Source: Eledone cirrhosa (lineage: Eukaryota). Taken from it: a DNA stretch of 64,000 nucleotides. Positions 56,581 to 64,000 of the stretch are shown here, in pieces. The stretch is from positions 90,954,001-91,018,000 of the forward strand of contig OZ024746.1 in assembly GCA_964016885.1 (NCBI GenBank), given 5' to 3'. Each line of letters opens with the position of its first letter. Position 1 is the stretch's first letter. The notes under the pieces are model-generated. The model saw only the letters and a program-made list of their open reading frames with translations, did no database searches and was not told where the DNA came from. The position numbers and the translations under genes were made by a program.

Positions 56581-57513
56581 TATCTCTTTCTCTTAATTTC
56601 GAGTATATTTTTTTTGACCGGCCACCTTCCTGGTGGCAAGGTTGTAAAAGAAAAGAAATTGTCATCCCTTGAATCACAAGAATGTTTTGCAAATTTTGAA
56701 GGTGCCATCTATCGCAGCCATTTGTAGACTATGAATTAGGGAGCTGCGCTTTTTGTCCGCAAATCCAAGTTCAGTCATACTTTGGTCCAAGCGGGTTGGT
56801 ATATAACCCGTAGCTCCAATAATGATGGGTATGAAGCTAAAGGTGTATCTTGGATACTGGATTTGTAAAGTCCTCATCAATGGTCCGTAGATGTCCTCCT
56901 TCTCCTGTATTTTTCCGACAACGTTTACATCAAGTGGGCAGCTGATCTCCACAACAGAACACGTTTTCAATGTGTGGTCCCAAACAACAATATCAGGCCG
57001 GTTGTGCTTTAATTTGGTGGCAGTTTTTATTTTCAGGTTCCACCAGTATTCCTTAGTGCCATCTGTCTCAATATATTCTTCCTCGTTTGTTGTTAATTTT
57101 GTTTTCCGAAGTGCGTTCCAGATGGTTCTAGCTATCCCATCGTGTCTCATGGGGAGGTAGTAGCGAGATGACATTCTTTCGCAGCTGGCAACAATGTGGC
57201 TTACATCCTCGATCTTTGTTTTACATAGCCTACATTTATTGTCAGCTGCTGGCCCTCCTCTTTTGTGCAGCAGATATTTGGTAGGGAGTTCTTGTTCCTG
57301 TATTGCATAGAGATATCCCTCAAGGTGTGATGTCATAAACTTGTCGGAACTCCATGCCAGGCTTTTTGAGTGGTTTATCCCCTCTATGGTCTGTGATTTA
57401 CGCCTCAAGTATCCATGCACAACTTTTTCTGTAAATTGGTCAATTTTTTTATCTTGTTTGAACATTGAATAGGATCTTCCAATTTCTCTGGGTGAGAGAT
57501 TTATATCAGGCTT
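56581..57513 (-). mobile_element. R4/Dong-like family A, second 5'-truncated copy
   Basis: ORF 56674-57465 near-identical to 8073-8877; same 3' UTR; (CATA)n flanks. Confidence 0.9.
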
Positions 57514-58429
57514 TTATGTATGTATCTATCTATGTATGTATCTATGTATGTATGTTTGTATGTATGTTTGTATGTATGAATCTGTGTATGTATCTATGTA
57601 TGTTTGTATGTATGTATGTGTGTATGTATGTATCTAGGTAGGTAGGTCAGGTTATCGAAATTAAGTGAAATAACGATAGCAAAATTGTATTGATAAATAA
57701 AATTTATCAATAATGGTTTGGAGTCATCTATTCATAGACATAAAATTTGATTGATGTTAAGCTGGAGTTATTGAAGATCATTTGATATAAAAATAGGCCG
57801 ACCGTGGACATTTTTAAGCTTGGAAGAATTCAAGAATTTTTTTGTTTTGTTTTTGTTTCGTTTCTTTTTATTTATTTATTTATTTATTTGTTAGTAGATA
57901 GTGTGTAGAAAAGAGGTATAAAAGGAGAGAAAGGAGAGAAAAATTAAATAAAAAAGCGAAAGGGGACAAGAGAAAACTCCTCCCCCATGACTGCATCCCA
58001 TGGACAAGATGGCGACGTCGCCGCCGAGAGCAGCCAACAATATCTAATGCATCTGCCATTTAACCTCACGGAGCTCCTACCTCAAGCGAGTTACATTTCT
58101 CCTGAGTTAGAGGGAAATGGCAGTATACAGCATAAAAAAATATCACTCTGGTTTCAGTGAGAAAATATAAGCTACAATCCAGTTTATTTTCATTTTTATT
58201 CTGTATTATGTGTTGCAATGCAAAGAAAATAAGTGTTTTAAAATATCTTCGTCTGCAATGTAGAAACTATTCTCACTGGTAAGTGGGGGAAAAGGAATCA
58301 AATCGACAAACTGAAATCTAAGTTCTATGTGAACTGTACTCTTAACGTATATCTAGCACTTCGTCGGTATATTATATATTCTACAATCCTTGACCTCACT
58401 AGGAATAAAACAATTTCTATACCTTTCAT

Positions 58430-58460
<31 letters not shown>

Positions 58461-59362
58461 AATATATATATATATAAATATAAATATATATATATTTATA
58501 TATATATGGATTTTCGCGAACGCGTATATAGTATTGATAAATTATGTATGTAAACTTCTTCCAGTGTTGGCATGGGGTCGCTACATCTCACACGTAACAG
58601 ACACCTCCATGGCGAACTGACGTTCGTATTATAGCGACATTACTGTTCTTGGCTTTTCAATAAAGCTATCCTGATCACTATCTCAGCGCCCTAAAGCAGT
58701 TCAGCTAATATTTCATCTTGGAAATGATGACAACAAAAGAATGTCGAAGATGGAATCTGACAAGATATCTTGCTTGAAGCTAATAAGATAATAACGAATA
58801 TTCCTGGGTTCGATCAACCTCTCTTTAGAGCAAATAGTAAACTGCAGATATGTAAAGTGATACAAGGTGAGAGATGGTGTAGCCATGAGAGATGAGGTTA
58901 CTCATCAGGGGTTTACAAAATGGAGGACAAGACAACGGTTTCAGAGTTAAACACACTACGGTCAAGTTATAATAATGAATATTCAGAAAAATCAATAGGA
59001 CAATTTTAGTAGGGTGAGCTCTATCATTACAGATTATCGATCAAATAGACCAGATAGAGAAAGTTGTTTTAAGAAAAAAGAATTTGTCGCTCACATAATG
59101 TTAGTTTACCGCATACAAGGTAACTCGTATATTCTTACATATTAATGTAAACACATATATACATACATGTATATACACACACACATGTATATACATACAC
59201 ACATGTATATACACACATACACACACACATCTAAAGACATTCACAAATACACACAAAAACATATACGCACTTAACACATGTACATCATATGTATATATAT
59301 ATATATGTGTGTGTGTATGTATATATACATATGTGTGTGCGTATGTGTATATATACATATAT

Positions 59363-59399
<37 letters not shown>

Positions 59400-59474
59400 T
59401 ATATATATGTGTGTGTGTGTATGTATATATACATATGTGTGTGCGTATGTGTATAAATACATATATACATATAT

Positions 59475-59542
<68 letters not shown>

Positions 59543-59583
59543 GATATATTAACAAATGGAAACTATATTTATAAAACCATATT

Positions 59584-59651
59584 TATTTCATTATACATAT
59601 TTCAAGGACACCAAGTCAAAAAATGATGGTGCGCTTTCATCAGATAAAATA
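59584..59651 (-). ncRNA. Type I hammerhead ribozyme, relative of 485-556
   Basis: UAUUUUAU-CUGAUGA-AAGCGCACCA..UGGUGUCCUU-GAAA-UAUGUA-UA^AUGAAAUA. Confidence 0.75.
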
Positions 59652-59858
59652 TAATATAAATCAGTTTTATAAATAAATATTGACATACCCTTAAAGAATG
59701 CAATCATTTCTGTTGGAAGCTCCCGTTTTATAAATATAGTTTCCATTTGATAATATATCGTATTTTTACTCCAATAATTTGTTGAGTGCTTTATATCAGT
59801 TATAAAAATATTTGCTTGTTGTATCCCAACAATTTAAATATAACTTATACATATATAC

Positions 59859-59949
<91 letters not shown>

Positions 59950-60172
59950 ACATGTTGAAAAGGTAACACACTAGAGAGAGATACAGTGCGCTATCAATAA
60001 AAAAGGGAAAAACCACCAGTGTATGGAATCTATAACCTATGAAAGGCAGACTATAGACACGATAGTTAAAAATATAAATTAAAGCGTAAATAAATACCTC
60101 TATAACTCCGTTAATGTATCGTGTATATATATATATATATATACATATATATATGTGTGTGTGTGTATGTGT

Positions 60173-60263
<91 letters not shown>

Positions 60264-60944
60264 ATCCATGCTATTTGGTCCGTTTATGTCAATTACTTAC
60301 TGTCATCTAATAATCTTCTTTTCTTCCTTATCTTCCACATGTGATTCACATATTAGCCAGACACATAACGGTTCTCCGTCGATTGCGACGAACAGTGTTA
60401 CAGTTGTTTCATTAATAGTATCCCCTACTCGTAAAATTAAGGTGCAAGTGGCTGAGTATCCCACTGATATGTGTACCTTAACAGAATTCTCAGGGAGATT
60501 CAATTTGACATAGGCTGTGAAAAGGTTCAGTATCCCACAGATATGTATACCCTTAACATAGTTCTCAGGGAGATTCAATTTGGCATAGGCTGTGACAAAG
60601 GTAGCCATTTGAATTACAACTACAACTGATTTTTTCCCAGTAGAATGAACTTGATAAGGTGAAATAAAGTGCCTTGCTCAAGGACACAACACTCCGCCGG
60701 GATTCAAAATCACGATCTTACTATAGTGGGCCAAATACTTTAACGTGGTTCCTACAATGACCTAGTTTATACTGCCTCCATAAACAGAGGCGTCGAAGAC
60801 ATTACCAATGAGGACATTACAATCTTATCTCTGTAACCCTTTTGATACTAAACCACCTGAAATTGTACCTGATTCTGCAATTGAAAATTCTTTGTTTTAA
60901 AATATTTATCTTCTTCTTCACTCACTTATTTCTGATATGGTCAT

Positions 60945-61190
60945 GAGGGCAGAGTCCTCAAACATTCCTTCCAGCGGGTCCTGTCAGAAGAAACCATCTC
61001 CAACTGATCCAGCTGGATCCCCAAGCGAGACCAGCCAAGTTCATGAATGTTATCCAACCATATTGCTCGGGATCTACTCCTGGGTCTCCCGCCAGTTGGT
61101 TTTGCCTGTAAAATATGTCCAACGATTCATTCCTGAGACATTCAAACCGCATGTCCATTGTATAGGAGCTGTGATCTCTTAATTCAGAGA
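60945..61190 (-). mobile_element. RTE-clade LINE 3' fragment
   Basis: Homologous to 22684-22920. Confidence 0.8.
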
Positions 61191-62960
61191 TTCATTCCTG
61201 AGACATTCAAACCACATGTCCATTGTATAGGAGCTGTGATCTCTTAATTGAGAGATTCAAACCACATGTCCATTGAATAGGAGCTGTGATCTCTTAATTG
61301 AGAGATTCAAACCACATGTCCATTGAATAGGAGCTGTGATCTCTTAATTGAGAGATTCAAACCACATGTCCATTGAATAGGAGCTGTGATCTCTTAATTG
61401 AGACATTCAAACCACATGTCCATTGAATAGGAGCTGTGATCTCTTAATTGAGAGATTCAAACCACATGTCCATTGAATAGGAGCTGTGATCTCTTAATTG
61501 AGACATTCAAACCACATGTCCATTGTATAGGAGCTGTGATCTCTTAATCCAGAGATTCATTCTTGAGATATTCAAACCACATCTCCATTGAATAGGAGCT
61601 GTGATCTCTTAATCCAGAGATTCATTCCCAAGACATTCAAACCACATGTCCATTGTATAGGAGCTGTGATCTCTTAATTCAGAGATTCATTCCTGAGACA
61701 TTCAAACCACATGTCCATTGTATAGGAGCTGTGATCTCTTAATCCAGAGATTCGTTCCTGAGACATTCAAACCACATGTCCATTGTATTGGAGCTGTGAT
61801 CTCTTAATCCAGAGATTCGTTCCTGAGACATTCAAACCACATGTCCAATATATAGGAGCTGTGATATCTTAATTCAGAGATTCATTCCTGAGACATTCAA
61901 ACCACATGTCCAATATATAGGAGCTGTGATCTCTTAATTCAGAGATTCATTCCTGAGACATTCAAACCACATGTCCAATATATAGGAGCTGTGATCTCTT
62001 AATTCAGAGATTTATTCCTGAGACATTCAAACCACATGTCCAATATATAGGAGCTGTGATCTCTTAATCCAGAGATTCGTTCCTGAGACATTCAAACCAC
62101 ATGTCCATTGTATAGGAGCTGTGATCTCTTAATCCAGAGATTTATTCCTGAGACATTCAAACCACATGTCCATTGTATAGGAGCTGTGATATCTTAATTC
62201 AGAGATTCATTCCTGAGACATTCAAACCACATGTCCATTGTATAGGAGCTGTGATCTCTTAATCCAGAGATTTATTCCTGAGACATTCAAACCACATGTC
62301 CATTGTATAGGAGCTGTGATCTCTTAATTCAGAGATTTATTCCTGAGACATTCAAACCACATGTCCATTGTATTGGAGCTGTGATCTCTTAATTCAGAGA
62401 TTTATTCCTGAGACATTCAAACCACATGTCCATTGTATTGGAGCTGTGATATCTTAATCCAGAGATTTATTCCTGAGACATTCAAACCACATGTCCATTG
62501 TATAGGAGCTGTGATATCTTAATCCAGAGATTTATTCCTGAGACATTCAAACCACATGTCCATTGTATTGGAGCTGTGATATCTTAATCCAGAGATTTAT
62601 TCCTGAGACATTCAAACCACATGTCCATTGTATAGGAGCTGTGATATCTTAATCCAGAGATTTATTCCTGAGACATTCAAACCACATGTCCATTGTATAG
62701 GAGCTGTGATATCTTAATCCAGAGATTTATTCCTGAGACATTCAAACCACATGTCCATTGTATTGGAGCTGTGATATCTTAATCCAGAGATTTATTCCTG
62801 AGACATTCAAACCACATGTCCATTGTATAGGAGCTGTGATATCTTAATCCAGAGATTTATTCCTGAGACATTCAAACCACATGTCCATTGTATAGGAGCT
62901 GTGATATCTTAATTGAGAGATTCAAACCACATGTCCATTGTATAGGAGCTGTGATCCTTT
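61125..62960. repeat. Satellite of 65-bp and 50-bp units (~30 copies) amplified from RTE ORF sequence
   Basis: Unit tcctgagacattcaaaccacatgtccattgtataggagctgtgatctcttaatccagagattcat. Confidence 0.93.
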
Positions 62961-63231
62961 AATTTAGAAAGCCAAACGGGGCGCAGTTTGCCCATGTCTG
63001 GTTTAGAATCATCTATTTCACTGACATAAAATAGATTTGATGGATGTTATACCGACCCATATACTTGACTGCTACAATATTTATTAAAGGTTGAAAGACA
63101 AAATTAATCTGGGCAGGATTTGAACTCACTTTGAGATGAAACAAATACCGCAAGGCATCTTGTACGACGTTCTAACGATTCTGCAACGATTAAAACAGTA
63201 TCAACAAGTTCAGCAAAAGAATCAACAACTA

Positions 63232-63240
63232 TGATAGTAA

Positions 63241-63314
<74 letters not shown>

Positions 63315-63320
63315 ATGGTG

Positions 63321-63364
<44 letters not shown>

Positions 63365-63389
63365 GGTGGTGGTAGTAGTGGTGGTGGTG

Positions 63390-63443
<54 letters not shown>

Positions 63444-63461
63444 CTGGTGATGGTAGTGGTG

Positions 63462-63493
<32 letters not shown>

Positions 63494-63569
63494 GGTGGTA
63501 GTAGTAGTAGTAGTAGTGGTGGTGGTGGTGGTGGTGGTGGTGGTGGTGGTAGTAGTAGCAGTGGTGGTG

Positions 63570-63651
<82 letters not shown>

Positions 63652-63663
63652 TAGTAGTGGTGG
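63232..63663. repeat. (TAG)n/(TGG)n trinucleotide repeat
   Basis: Direct reading. Confidence 0.95.
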
Positions 63664-64000
63664 TTGCAACATGAAAGAAAGAAAGAAAGAAAGAAGGATT
63701 CGGGAGAAATCGTTAAATTGAAAGTAAACATTTTCTCTGGCCTGAAGCCTTGCAACGATTAACAAAACATGAAGACAGGGTCTCTGTAGATGGGAGAGAG
63801 GGGGAGAGAGAGTGATGGTGGGGAGGGAGGGGACTGAGAGAGGGGGGGTGAGAGGAAGAGATAGATAGAGAGGGGAGAGAGGGAGGGAGATAGAGAGAGG
63901 GGGGGTGAGAGGAAGAGATAGATAGAGAGGGGTGAGAGGAAGAGATAGATAGAGAGGGGAGAGAGAGAGAGGGAGGGAGATAGAGAGAGGGAGGGTGGGT

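Noticed and set aside
58005-59050. YY1-like CAAGATGGCG motif and a possible decayed LINE endonuclease remnant
   Set aside because: A single short motif and a stop-ridden weak similarity; not supportable without a search
63222-63765. Poly-L/P, poly-H/Y and poly-V ORFs
   Set aside because: Translations of a (TAG/TGG)n repeat

Overview
Eukaryotic, AT-rich, repeat-saturated DNA with no host protein-coding exon that I can support. The SINE repertoire and (TA)n/(CA)n/(CATA)n density resemble octopus (cephalopod) genomes; this assignment is an inference. Nearly all ORFs in the track are microsatellite artefacts. The real coding remnants are transposon fragments: a Penelope-like element (RT C-terminus, Cys linker, GIY-YIG start), R4/Dong-like restriction-like-endonuclease LINEs, RTE, L1/Tx1 and CR1/L2-type LINEs, and a Helitron Pif1 helicase. 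There are also SINEs, Helitron and Mariner-type non-autonomous elements, and satellites born from TE sequence. The main non-coding signal is six type-I hammerhead ribozyme (HHR) motifs with intact CUGANGA/GAAA cores (485-556, 1709-1787, 26362-26432, 34733-34776, 41916-41997, 59584-59651), plus several decayed or half motifs. One HHR sits at the apex of an ~860-nt fold-back element. A five-copy family of (TA)n-embedded palindromes has arms that co-vary within each copy. Together these suggest non-coding, ribozyme-bearing hairpin elements mobilised by Penelope-like enzymes. All folds were made by eye and activity is untested.
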